A stretch of DNA of 64,000 bases, taken from the NCBI GenBank assembly GCA_938020445.1, contig CALIIC010000027.1, positions 123 through 64,122 on the forward strand, read 5' to 3'. Position 1 is the first letter of the stretch. Each line of letters begins with the position of its first letter. This stretch comes from an uncultured Flavobacteriaceae bacterium (GTDB lineage: Bacteria > Bacteroidota > Bacteroidia > Flavobacteriales > Flavobacteriaceae). The position numbers and the translations under genes are program-made. A model generated the notes under the pieces. It worked only from the letters and a program-made list of their open reading frames with translations. It ran no database searches and was not told the origin of the DNA. Positions 1-8,415 of the stretch are shown here, piece after piece.

Positions 1-6
1 ATGGCA

Positions 7-48
7 AATTACTTACAACAATTGGCTAAGAGTACCTGGGTACTCTTA
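7..48 (-). other. Putative recombination (att-like) site downstream of the integrase
   Basis: Perfect inverted repeat TAAGAGTACC-N2-GGTACTCTTA (27-48) followed on the minus strand by GTTGTAAGTAATT (19-7); no U-tract, so not a typical terminator. Confidence 0.4.
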
Positions 49-66
49 TATCTTTTTTGTGAACAC

Positions 67-1098
67 CTAATCTAGTGGATTTTTAATACTTTCAAAAGTA
101 TTTGTGGCAACATGGGTGTATATTTCAGTTGTTTTTGTTGAACCGTGCCCTAACAGTACTTGAATTTGACGAATATCTGTACCTGATTCTAATAGGTGGG
201 TAGCAAAACTATGTCTTAAAACATGGGGTGTTACTACTATTCTGATTTTTGCTTTTTCGGCTGCTGTTTTTACAATTTTCAATACGCTAACCCCACTATA
301 TTTATTGCCATTCTTTCCTTCAGAGAGATACACCTTTGGTTCGTATTTAGTGTAGTAACGACGTAAATCATTCAGGGCTGTTTTTGATAATAAGGTCAAT
401 CTATCCTTATTCCCTTTTGAATTTTCAACACGAACTAACATCCGTTTACTATCGATATCACTCAATTTAAGATTCAGAAGTTCACCACGTCGCAAACCCG
501 AACCATAAAGTAACTGAATAATACATCTATGTTTAATGTTGTTGGTGTTTTCAATGATTGAAAGTATTTCCTCCTTTGAAATCACAGTAGGCAGTTTTGA
601 TTCTTTTCGAGGTCTTTCAATCTCGTAAAATCGATTTGGCATACCCAAAACAGCTTCGTAATAAAATTTTATAGCATTGATGGCCTGATTTATATAAGAA
701 TTTGAATACTTCTTTTGAACAAGGTGCTGAAGAAAAGTTCTGACATCAGCTTCATCTATTTCCTGTAATTCTTTGTCATTGTGGTAATTGATAAATAATT
801 CAAAAAAAGTGACATACGTTTTAACCGTGCTGTTGGCATAGCGTTTTAGTTCCAATTTTAACAGATATGCTTCAGGGCAGACTCTAAATTCAGGTACGGT
901 ATTTCGATTTCTAAACCACTCAACATCAATATTTTCATTGTGGGTGTTAACAGGTTTGTTCGTCAAAAAACGATTATAATTTATCCATACGACGCCTTTA
1001 AAAGTATTGAATACAATACCAAGGTTCGCTTTAGTATTTTCAATATACGCCATGTTATATTGTTGGCTCCATTTGGGGTTAGGAAGCCCTTTTGTCAA
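67..1098 (-). CDS. Tyrosine recombinase, integron-integrase/XerD-like with N-terminal SAM-like domain; true 5' end probably at 1193/1184 with a 1-nt frameshift at 1126-1130
   Basis: Catalytic motifs GLRRGE, KGNKDR, HVLRHSFATH, LLGH, TEIYTHV; SAM-like LELKRYANSTVKTY segment. Confidence 0.9.
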   Translation of the reverse strand: MTKGLPNPKWSQQYNMAYIENTKANLGIVFNTFKGVVWINYNRFLTNKPVNTHNENIDVEWFRNRNTVPEFRVCPEAYLLKLELKRYANSTVKTYVTFFELFINYHNDKELQEIDEADVRTFLQHLVQKKYSNSYINQAINAIKFYYEAVLGMPNRFYEIERPRKESKLPTVISKEEILSIIENTNNIKHRCIIQLLYGSGLRRGELLNLKLSDIDSKRMLVRVENSKGNKDRLTLLSKTALNDLRRYYTKYEPKVYLSEGKNGNKYSGVSVLKIVKTAAEKAKIRIVVTPHVLRHSFATHLLESGTDIRQIQVLLGHGSTKTTEIYTHVATNTFESIKNPLD

Positions 1099-1291
1099 AC
1101 TCTGTATTAGCCTATCAGGAGTAAATTTTTACCGATCATCTTTTGGTTTTTGATCATCAAATGATAAAGCGTAATTGATTTCATGGAATTCATAATACAA
1201 TGCTAACAAGGTTTTATAAATTAAGTGGCATATTATAAGTATAATATACTAGTAATTTTATGTTCACAAAAAATGCCCAATTTGCAGTTCT

Positions 1292-1633
1292 TTGGTAAAA
1301 GGTCGGACGGATAAAATATTTTGTAGTACAAAATGCAAATCAATTGACCAATATGAAAAACGGCAAAAAACCGAAGCCTTTTATTTTATGGTAGAAAGGC
1401 AGCTAAGAACCAATAGGAAAATATTGAAGAAACATAATAAATCTGGTTTCACAACCCTTCGAAAATCTAAACTGATTGAAGAGGGCTTTGACCCTAAATT
1501 TTTCACACATTATTGGAAGAATAAAAAAGGCGAGGTGTATCTCTTCGTTTATGAATACGGTTTTTTAAAAAAGAACGAAAATGGAAAAGAGAAATACGTC
1601 TTGGTAACATGGCAAGATTACATGGCGAAATAA
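1292..1633 (+). CDS. Zn-ribbon (DUF2116-like) hypothetical protein; probable true start ATG 1260 is out of frame by 1 nt
   Basis: In-frame upstream extension reads KKCPICSSLVKGRTDKIFCSTKC (CxxC...CxxxC); C-terminal FVYEYG motif. Confidence 0.75.
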   Translation: MVKGRTDKIFCSTKCKSIDQYEKRQKTEAFYFMVERQLRTNRKILKKHNKSGFTTLRKSKLIEEGFDPKFFTHYWKNKKGEVYLFVYEYGFLKKNENGKEKYVLVTWQDYMAK

Positions 1634-1704
1634 TTTCAATATCGTTTACGACTATTTGATATGAAATATGATTAAATATTAATCTATGTTGAAAAAAATC
1701 AATT

Positions 1705-1725
1705 TGTTGTACCTATGTTGTACCT
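1705..1725. repeat. Tandem direct repeat TGTTGTACCT x2 (11-bp period), possible integrase arm-type sites
   Basis: Exact copies at 1705-1714 and 1716-1725, ~50 bp from the tRNA 3' end. Confidence 0.5.
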
Positions 1726-1734
1726 GAGAAAAGA

Positions 1735-1764
1735 AAAAGGGACCTCAAAAATTGAAGTCCCTTT
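1735..1764 (-). terminator. Intrinsic terminator after tRNA-Met
   Basis: Stem AAAGGGAC...GTCCCTTT with a U-rich tail on the minus strand. Confidence 0.65.
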
Positions 1765-1773
1765 GTTTACTAG

Positions 1774-1847
1774 TAGCGAGAGAGGGACTTGAACCCTCGG
1801 CCTCCGGGTTATGAATCCGACGCTCTAACCAGCTGAGCTACCTCGCC
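1774..1847 (-). tRNA. tRNA-Met (CAT)
   Basis: Reverse complement GGCGAGGTAGCTCAGCTGGTTAGAGCGTCGGATTCATAACCCGGAGGCCGAGGGTTCAAGTCCCTCTCTCGCTA folds as a cloverleaf; CAT anticodon; CCA not encoded. Confidence 0.96.
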
Positions 1848-2018
1848 ATTTTGTTACTACAGGCTACTTCTTAAAAGTCTTAGCTTTTCAGAATCCCGAT
1901 AATGCCTTTGCGTTCGTCGGGGCCCGCCATTTTAATCGTATCACACATACAATGTCAAAACTACTTCTGACAACGTTTTGTGCTCACCGTGATGCACCAA
2001 CGGTTTTTTAAACGGCTG

Positions 2019-2026
2019 CAAATATA
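2019..2026 (-). promoter_or_regulatory. Bacteroidota sigma70 -7 element (TATATTTG) for tRNA-Met
   Basis: Matches TAnnTTTG followed by CAGCC, typical of stable RNA promoters. Confidence 0.6.
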
Positions 2027-2139
2027 AAGTTTAATTTTTTCCCCATCAACATTCACTCCGTAAAAAATATTCTAGGAGTTTTATTTTTTTATCATTTGGA
2101 AATCTATATATTGCCTCTACTAAATAGATATACCTCCCA

Positions 2140-2523
2140 ATGGACGATAAAATAAAGTTTGAACTTGAATTTGTAATACAATCTTCACCGCAGTTGTTAT
2201 ACCAGTACCTATCGACCCCGTCGGGACTTTCAGAGTGGTTTGCCGATAATGTAAACTCTCGCGGAGAGCTTTTTAGTTTCATTTGGGACGGTTCTGAGGA
2301 AGAAGCCAAGCTCATCAAAAGGAAGAGTGATGAGTTTGTAAAATTTGCCTGGGAAGAAAATGATGATGACAGCTTCTTTGAAATGAAAATCATTGTTGAC
2401 GAAATTACCTCGGATGTGTCACTTTTCATTACCGATTTTGCCGAAGAAGACGAAGTTGACGAAGCAAAAATGTTATGGGAGAACCAGGTAGGAAGTCTTA
2501 AACAGGTTTTGGGATCAAAGTAA
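2140..2523 (+). CDS. START-like (SRPBCC) domain protein
   Basis: LYQYLSTPSGLSEWFADNV motif; conserved Bacteroidota gene next to tRNA-Met. Confidence 0.85.
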   Translation: MDDKIKFELEFVIQSSPQLLYQYLSTPSGLSEWFADNVNSRGELFSFIWDGSEEEAKLIKRKSDEFVKFAWEENDDDSFFEMKIIVDEITSDVSLFITDFAEEDEVDEAKMLWENQVGSLKQVLGSK

Positions 2524-2551
2524 GCAATCTCTATTATAAAACTTATCTTTG

Positions 2552-2579
2552 GCCTTGATTTTAAATCAAGGCTTTTTTT
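2552..2579 (+). terminator. Intrinsic terminator overlapping the next gene's promoter
   Basis: GCCTTGATTT-T-AAATCAAGGC followed by T7. Confidence 0.7.
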
Positions 2580-3437
2580 ATGGTCAACTTTAACGGGAAA
2601 CTAGTAGCACCAGATGCAACCACAACCAGCCATTTAAATAGAGGGCTCCGTTTTGGGGATGCCCTTTTTGAAACCATGCGTGTGGTAAACGGCACCATTT
2701 ATTTTTGGGAAGAGCACTACCTGCGCCTAATGGCTTCGATGCGTATACTCCGCATGGAAATCCCGATGCAGTTTACAATGGAAATTCTTGAAGCCCAAAT
2801 AATGGCCCTCTTGAAAGAGAACCAACTTCAGAACAAGGCGGCACGCGTACGTTTTACGGTCTTTCGAAACGCTGGAGGGCTTTACCTACCCCAAACCAAC
2901 GATATATCCTATTATTTGGAAAGTAGCCTATTAGAATCTCCTTTCTATCTGCTTTCGGATTGCCCCTATGAGGTGGAACTGTTCAAGGATTTTTATGTAA
3001 ATCCCGATATGTTATCCACCTTAAAGACGAACAATAAGGTGTTGAACGTAGTCGGAAGTATTTTCGCATCCGAAAATGGCTATCAAAATTGCCTGCTGTT
3101 GAACAACGCCAAGCAAGTAGTAGAGACCCTGAACGGAAATCTCTTTTTGGTAAAGGGCAATAGTATTAAAACCCCGCCACTCAAAGCAGGGTGCCTCAAT
3201 GGTATCGTCCGAAAAAAACTGCTCGTAATTCTTGATAAATTAACCGAATACACGATTACCGAAGAAATGATCTCTCCTTTTGAACTGCAAAAGGCCGATG
3301 AACTTTTCACCACCAATACCATTGTAGGGATTCAACCCATTACGAAATACCGAAAAAAAGAATTTGACACTACCGTAGCGAAAGACCTTTTGGGAAAATT
3401 AAACGCCCATGTACGGCTGGCAACGACAATGCAGTAA
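2580..3437 (+). CDS. Aminotransferase class IV (aminodeoxychorismate lyase / BCAT-like)
   Basis: NRGLRFGDALFETMR, LKT, GCLNGIVR, ADELF motifs. Confidence 0.9.
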   Translation: MVNFNGKLVAPDATTTSHLNRGLRFGDALFETMRVVNGTIYFWEEHYLRLMASMRILRMEIPMQFTMEILEAQIMALLKENQLQNKAARVRFTVFRNAGGLYLPQTNDISYYLESSLLESPFYLLSDCPYEVELFKDFYVNPDMLSTLKTNNKVLNVVGSIFASENGYQNCLLLNNAKQVVETLNGNLFLVKGNSIKTPPLKAGCLNGIVRKKLLVILDKLTEYTITEEMISPFELQKADELFTTNTIVGIQPITKYRKKEFDTTVAKDLLGKLNAHVRLATTMQ

Positions 3438-3441
3438 AAAA

Positions 3442-4002
3442 CTAATTGAGACTTGGGTTTTCGGGTGCATTCGACCATAGCAGATAGTTTCCGCCAAGGG
3501 CCACCATTTTCTCTTTCCAAAAAGCGACCGAGGATTTTTGAATGATCCCACTTTTGTATTCGTTTTTGACAACGATCCATGATTTGGAACTAAGTTCTTG
3601 ATCAAGTTGTAGCGAAGCCCATCCCGAGTATCCTAAAAAGAAGCGTATATCACTTTCAGAAATCAGTTTCTGATTGATGAGTACAATCGTTTTTTCAAAA
3701 TCCCCGCCCCAGTAGATTCCATTGGCGATTTCAACGCTATTGTCTATTAAATGGGGTACCTTATGTATGAAATAAAGATTGTCCTGTTCTACGGGGCCAC
3801 CATTGTATACCTGAAAGGGAAGTTCTATTTCCGTGACCAGATCACTTACGCTATAGTCCAATGGCTTGTTCAAGATGAACCCAATTGAGCCTTCTTCATT
3901 ATGCTCTGCCAGTAATACCACCGATCTGTTAAAGGAGACATCGCCCGTAAGGCTCGGCTCGGCGATTAACAATTTTCCTTTTTTAGGTTTAAGATCGATC
4001 AT
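3442..4002 (-). CDS. YqgE/AlgH family protein
   Basis: FNRSVVLL, GGPV, RFFLGYSGW motifs. Confidence 0.92.
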   Translation of the reverse strand: MIDLKPKKGKLLIAEPSLTGDVSFNRSVVLLAEHNEEGSIGFILNKPLDYSVSDLVTEIELPFQVYNGGPVEQDNLYFIHKVPHLIDNSVEIANGIYWGGDFEKTIVLINQKLISESDIRFFLGYSGWASLQLDQELSSKSWIVVKNEYKSGIIQKSSVAFWKEKMVALGGNYLLWSNAPENPSLN

Positions 4003-4060
4003 GACAAAAAGCTTCTACTGTCTAAAATAAGACAATTCCTATAAAAACCAAAAAGGGGCA

Positions 4061-4096
4061 AAAAAAAAGCACCCCTTTAGAAGAGATGCTTTCTTT
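4061..4096 (-). terminator. Intrinsic terminator after HU
   Basis: AAAGCA...TGCTTT stem with a long U-tract on the minus strand. Confidence 0.55.
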
Positions 4097-4111
4097 CGTA
4101 AAAAGTATATA

Positions 4112-4384
4112 CTAGTTTACAGCTTTACCTAAATCGGCACCTGCTTTAAACTTAACTACATTTTTAGCAGCAATCTGGATAGTTTTCCCAGTTGATGGGT
4201 TTCTACCTTCTCTTGCATTTCTTTTAGATACAGACCAAGATCCGAAACCTACCAACGATACGCGGTTTCCTTTTTTAAGAGATCCCTCAACGTTTCCTAA
4301 GAAAGATTCCAAAGATTTTTTAGCCGCAGCTTTTGTGATGCCTGCGTCAGCTGCCATAGCATCGATTAATTCTGTTTTGTTCAT
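4112..4384 (-). CDS. hup: DNA-binding protein HU
   Basis: MNKTELID...GFGSW...REGRNPSTG...KFKAG signature. Confidence 0.97.
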   Translation of the reverse strand: MNKTELIDAMAADAGITKAAAKKSLESFLGNVEGSLKKGNRVSLVGFGSWSVSKRNAREGRNPSTGKTIQIAAKNVVKFKAGADLGKAVN

Positions 4385-4429
4385 AATGTAATTAAATTAA
4401 TTGTTGTTAAAATAATTTTAATCGTTGAA

Positions 4430-4514
4430 CAAATTTATACGGATTTGCGTTGAACGCAAGTAAAACAAGGGGAAATCAGCGTTTTTGTTGATAACTCGGG
4501 CTCTTTGTTGATAA
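4430..4514 (-). promoter_or_regulatory. HU promoter region: -7 element TAAATTTG, palindrome TTGCGTT-G-AACGCAA, two TTATCAACA DnaA-box-like sites
   Basis: Elements at 4430-4437, 4445-4459, 4486-4494 and 4506-4514. Confidence 0.5.
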
Positions 4515-4560
4515 AGTGAAGCATTTTAACTACTTCTCTTAGCCCAATAAGGACGGGGCC

Positions 4561-5508
4561 TCAAGCCATATACGATTTTTTTTTGATTTCTAGGCCATTC
4601 AACAGATCAATGACCTTCATTCTTCGTCTCCCCTGCAATTGAATTTCCAACAGCTGTATATAGCCACCGGCTACAGCCACCTTCATATCTTTTTTGCCCG
4701 CAACGATAGTTCCGATAGGGAGATGGTGCGTGGCGGGTTCTTTTTGCGCCGAATATATTTTAACGGTCATTTGCTCTTCCCCGTTCACAAAATGGCTCCA
4801 CGCCACGGGATAAGGACTCAAACCGCGTATATGATTGTAAATAGTATTCATGGGGGCATCCCAAGCTATTTTACAGGTTTGGGTAAAAATTTTATATGCC
4901 TTTTTTAATTCGGCACGTTGCGGTTGCTTTTGCGTTTGAACAGGACCTTTTGAAATCACTGCAACAGTTTCTAGCACCAAATCGGCCCCCAAATGCATCA
5001 ATTTGTCATGTAAACTACCAGCAGTATCATCATCGGAAATCAAGGTTTCCTTCTGTAAGATGATTTCGCCGGTATCTATTTTATCATCGATAAAAAAAGT
5101 AGTGGCCCCCGTTTTGGTCTCCCCGTTCATCAATGCCCAATTAATCGGAGCGGCGCCACGGTAATCGGGGAGGAGCGATGCATGCAGGTTAAAAGTGCCA
5201 TAGGTGGGCATTGCCCAAACTACTTTTGGTAACATTCGGAAAGCAACTACGATCTGTAAAGTAGCTTCCAAAGCCTTCAATTCCGCAATAAAGGCGTCAT
5301 CTTTTAAATTGGTGGGTTGCAACACTTTTAAATCATGTGCCAAAGCATATTTTTTAACTGCGGAAGTCTGCAACTTTCGCCCCCTTCCTGCGGGCCTGTC
5401 CGGCGCGGTAATTACCCCGACCACCGTGTAGTCGGCAGTCACCAAGGCAGCCAAAGTGGTCACGGCGAAATCGGGCGTTCCCATAAAAACGATTCTTATC
5501 TTATTCAT
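4561..5508 (-). CDS. fmt: Methionyl-tRNA formyltransferase
   Basis: IVFMGTPDFA, NLHASLLPDYRGAAPINWA. Confidence 0.97.
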   Translation of the reverse strand: MNKIRIVFMGTPDFAVTTLAALVTADYTVVGVITAPDRPAGRGRKLQTSAVKKYALAHDLKVLQPTNLKDDAFIAELKALEATLQIVVAFRMLPKVVWAMPTYGTFNLHASLLPDYRGAAPINWALMNGETKTGATTFFIDDKIDTGEIILQKETLISDDDTAGSLHDKLMHLGADLVLETVAVISKGPVQTQKQPQRAELKKAYKIFTQTCKIAWDAPMNTIYNHIRGLSPYPVAWSHFVNGEEQMTVKIYSAQKEPATHHLPIGTIVAGKKDMKVAVAGGYIQLLEIQLQGRRRMKVIDLLNGLEIKKKSYMA

Positions 5509-7397
5509 GCGAGTTCATATTCATTCATACTGTTAATTCGGATCTGCCCTTCTTCCAATAAATGCTGAAGGCCTTTCAATACCTGCTGTTCGTCATAATT
5601 CAAAGCGGCAATTATAGATCGTGAGCTACGGTGCCTGTCTGCCAACAATTTTAGAATTTGTGAAGCGATAGCCGAAGGATTCAGTGCTAAGGCACGCTTG
5701 CAAACATCACAAATACCACATTCTTGGGCTGTTTTTTCGCCAAAATACGCCAAAAGTTGCTGGTTCCTACAGCGGTCGGCATTGTTTACGTAGGCCAACA
5801 TTTGATGAACATGATCAATTTTTATTTGCTGCCGCTCTTTTACTTCTCGCGCAAACCTATTTATGGTCGTATCATCCTCACGAGGCACCAAAAAAGTGAT
5901 TGATAGGTCACTCTCATTCGCTTGGTATTCGATGACCGCATCTTTTTCAAGCTGTTTTAGCGTCGCCAGGACCTGTTTTTCCGGAACACCTGCTTTTTTG
6001 GCCAACAAAAGGGTGTTTATCTTGGTTTCAAAATCGAAAATACCGCCATAAGTGCGTAGCAGGGTTTGTACGACAGGAACAATTCCCTTGTTTTGCTCTA
6101 AATATTGAAATAGCGGGTCTTTGCCTATGAGCAGTTGCACCATGGTTTTTTGCGTAAATGCTTCGGTAAGCGAAAAGACCGAGTTTTGATCAAGAATACG
6201 AAAGCTATTATACGTTAATAAGGAATTCAACTTATAGGTATCACAAAATGCGTTGAAATTTAACTGATGAGAGGTGTCGTTGCCTTCCCCATAGGCAATT
6301 TGAAAGTAGTTGTTCAATTTATTATATACCATTTTAAGGTACTGGGTGTCGGGAAGCACGCTGATAAATTGATCTTTTACCCCTTGTTGGTCCGTTTTAT
6401 TGGTCAATAATACGGCTTTGGCCATGGCACCGTCCCGTCCTGCCCGGCCCGCTTCCTGAAAATAATTTTCAATACAATCGGGAATTTGATAATGCACTAC
6501 CAAGCCAACATCGGGCTTATCGATACCCATACCAAAAGCATTGGTTGCGACCATGATCTTTACGCTATTCTCGAGCCAAAGACCCATTCTTTTCTGCTTC
6601 TCGTTTTTTTGCACGCCGCCATGAAAAAAAGTGGCCTTATGGCCGGCAGTGTTCAAATAACGCGCAAGGTCTTCGGCCAAGCGCCGTGTGCGAACATACA
6701 CAATGGCACTTTTTTCAAGGGTTGCGCACAACTGTTTTAATCGATAGGGTTTGTCCTCCGCAAAAACAACCTCAAAAGCGATATTCTTACGGGCGAATGA
6801 ATCTTTGACCAATACGGGCGCTTGCAACCTTAAGTGTGTGGCGATGTCATCAACGACCATTGCCGTAGCGGTAGCGGTCAAGGCTACTATAGGAGCTTCC
6901 GGTAATAATTCCCTCAGTTTCCCACATTCCAAGTAGGCAGGTCTAAAATCATGCCCCCATTGTGAGATACAATGGGCTTCATCTACCGCTATGAGAGATA
7001 CCCTCATGCGTTGAATACGTTCCTGAACCAGTTCTTGCTGCAAACGCTCGGGAGAAATGTATAAAAAGGAATAGTTACCATAGAGGCAGTTATCAAGTAA
7101 GTTGTTTACCTCTTCCCTAGGGATGCCGCCAGTAAGGGCAATTGCTTTGATTCCCAATAATTTTAAACGGGCCACCTGGTTCTGAATCAAAGCGACCAAT
7201 GGTGAAATCACAATACAAATACCCTCTTGGGCGAGTGCCGGAATCTGAAAACAGATCGATTTCCCGCCACCGGTGGGCAATAGGGCCACAGCATCCTGCC
7301 CATTCAGGAGCGCATCGATAACTTTCTGTTGAGAACCTCGAAAGCTATCAAATCCCCAATAGTACTTCAATAAGTCTTTTGGGTTTTGACTTTTCAC
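5505..7397 (-). CDS. recQ: RecQ family ATP-dependent DNA helicase
   Basis: PTGGGKS, VDEAHCISQWGHDFRP, QEAGRAGRDG, C-terminal Zn motif CGICDVC. Confidence 0.93.
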   Translation of the reverse strand: MKSQNPKDLLKYYWGFDSFRGSQQKVIDALLNGQDAVALLPTGGGKSICFQIPALAQEGICIVISPLVALIQNQVARLKLLGIKAIALTGGIPREEVNNLLDNCLYGNYSFLYISPERLQQELVQERIQRMRVSLIAVDEAHCISQWGHDFRPAYLECGKLRELLPEAPIVALTATATAMVVDDIATHLRLQAPVLVKDSFARKNIAFEVVFAEDKPYRLKQLCATLEKSAIVYVRTRRLAEDLARYLNTAGHKATFFHGGVQKNEKQKRMGLWLENSVKIMVATNAFGMGIDKPDVGLVVHYQIPDCIENYFQEAGRAGRDGAMAKAVLLTNKTDQQGVKDQFISVLPDTQYLKMVYNKLNNYFQIAYGEGNDTSHQLNFNAFCDTYKLNSLLTYNSFRILDQNSVFSLTEAFTQKTMVQLLIGKDPLFQYLEQNKGIVPVVQTLLRTYGGIFDFETKINTLLLAKKAGVPEKQVLATLKQLEKDAVIEYQANESDLSITFLVPREDDTTINRFAREVKERQQIKIDHVHQMLAYVNNADRCRNQQLLAYFGEKTAQECGICDVCKRALALNPSAIASQILKLLADRHRSSRSIIAALNYDEQQVLKGLQHLLEEGQIRINSMNEYELA

Positions 7398-7960
7398 AAA
7401 TGCAGGTTTTTCACAATAAAATCTACCCTATCGGCTACATTTGCCTTAGGGACTTCAATGACATCATATCCTAGTCCGGTATAGGATTCCCATAGGTGTT
7501 CATGAATCGCGAGCGCCTCGTCAAAACTTTCAAAACGCTGCTCATCTATAACATAGATTTCCTTCCATATAGGTAAAATAAAGACAGTATCGTATTGGTG
7601 TGTATGTGCACTCGAAGTAAATTCGGTCCCGTAGGTTTGACCAAAGTAATCCATATAGGCAAGTACATCGGGAATACCCCGATCAAAGAATACGACAACA
7701 TCTTCCGTTAGGCCCGCCTTCTTATAATGTACTTCGCGCGCGCTTAGAATTTTCCTGTTGAAATCGAGCGGATCCGAAACAGATGCGATCGGGTTAGTGG
7801 TAAGGCTCGATAAGGTGCCCTTTTCCTTGGCTTCCAAGGTCATTAAGCGAATAACCTCTGGAAAGCAGGTATGGCCAGCTGCCGCCAAGCTATCTATCAA
7901 GGAAGTCTTCCCCGTACTCGGGCCACCTGTAATCACTATTTTTTGCTGCTTCAAACTCAC
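7394..7960 (-). CDS. AAA family ATPase (NadR/Ttd14-like)
   Basis: Walker A ITGGPSTGKT; FFDRGIPD. Confidence 0.85.
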   Translation of the reverse strand: MSLKQQKIVITGGPSTGKTSLIDSLAAAGHTCFPEVIRLMTLEAKEKGTLSSLTTNPIASVSDPLDFNRKILSAREVHYKKAGLTEDVVVFFDRGIPDVLAYMDYFGQTYGTEFTSSAHTHQYDTVFILPIWKEIYVIDEQRFESFDEALAIHEHLWESYTGLGYDVIEVPKANVADRVDFIVKNLHL

Positions 7961-8039
7961 TTTTTTCTTCGAACAAAAGTAATCAATCTACCTAGCTTAA
8001 AAAATTACCGTTTTCGCGTATCTTTGCCAAAACTGCCAT

Positions 8040-8327
8040 ATGGATACCGAAAAATCGGAAGAATTTTATAAAAGACTCAAAGAGCAATTAACTGAAAGTA
8101 GTAATTGGCCTTCAAACTATTTATATAAATTTATAGTCCCCTCTGAAACAGAAAAAATTGAACGAATTCATCAAATTTTCGATAATACGGGGGCGGTAAT
8201 TGAATCAAAACAATCAAAAAAAGGAACGTATACCAGTCTTTCCATAACCGTTATGAGAGACAATCCAGATGCGGTCATTCAAAAATACATCGAAGTGGGA
8301 GCGGTAAAAGGCGTTATATCCTTGTAA
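8040..8327 (+). CDS. DUF493 family protein
   Basis: WPSNYLYKFIVP, SKKGTYTSLSI. Confidence 0.85.
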   Translation: MDTEKSEEFYKRLKEQLTESSNWPSNYLYKFIVPSETEKIERIHQIFDNTGAVIESKQSKKGTYTSLSITVMRDNPDAVIQKYIEVGAVKGVISL

Positions 8328-8415
8328 AATAGGTAATATGGCATAATTTTGTTAATTTGCCTGCGTTAGTAGTATAGTACTCTCCGAAGACACCACTCAC
8401 AAAAAACAGTTTAAT

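Larger units (their letters stand above)
1..1773. mobile_element. Right end of a putative integrative island / cassette-array locus abutting the 3' end of tRNA-Met (extends beyond the left window edge)
   Basis: Tyrosine recombinase gene, AT-richer composition than the flank, 10-bp tandem repeats next to the tRNA 3' end; the other boundary is not visible. Confidence 0.5.

Noticed and set aside
67-1098. Chromosomal XerC/XerD or canonical IntI
   Set aside because: Long atypical N-terminus, island context, and apparently no IntI-specific insertion before HxxR
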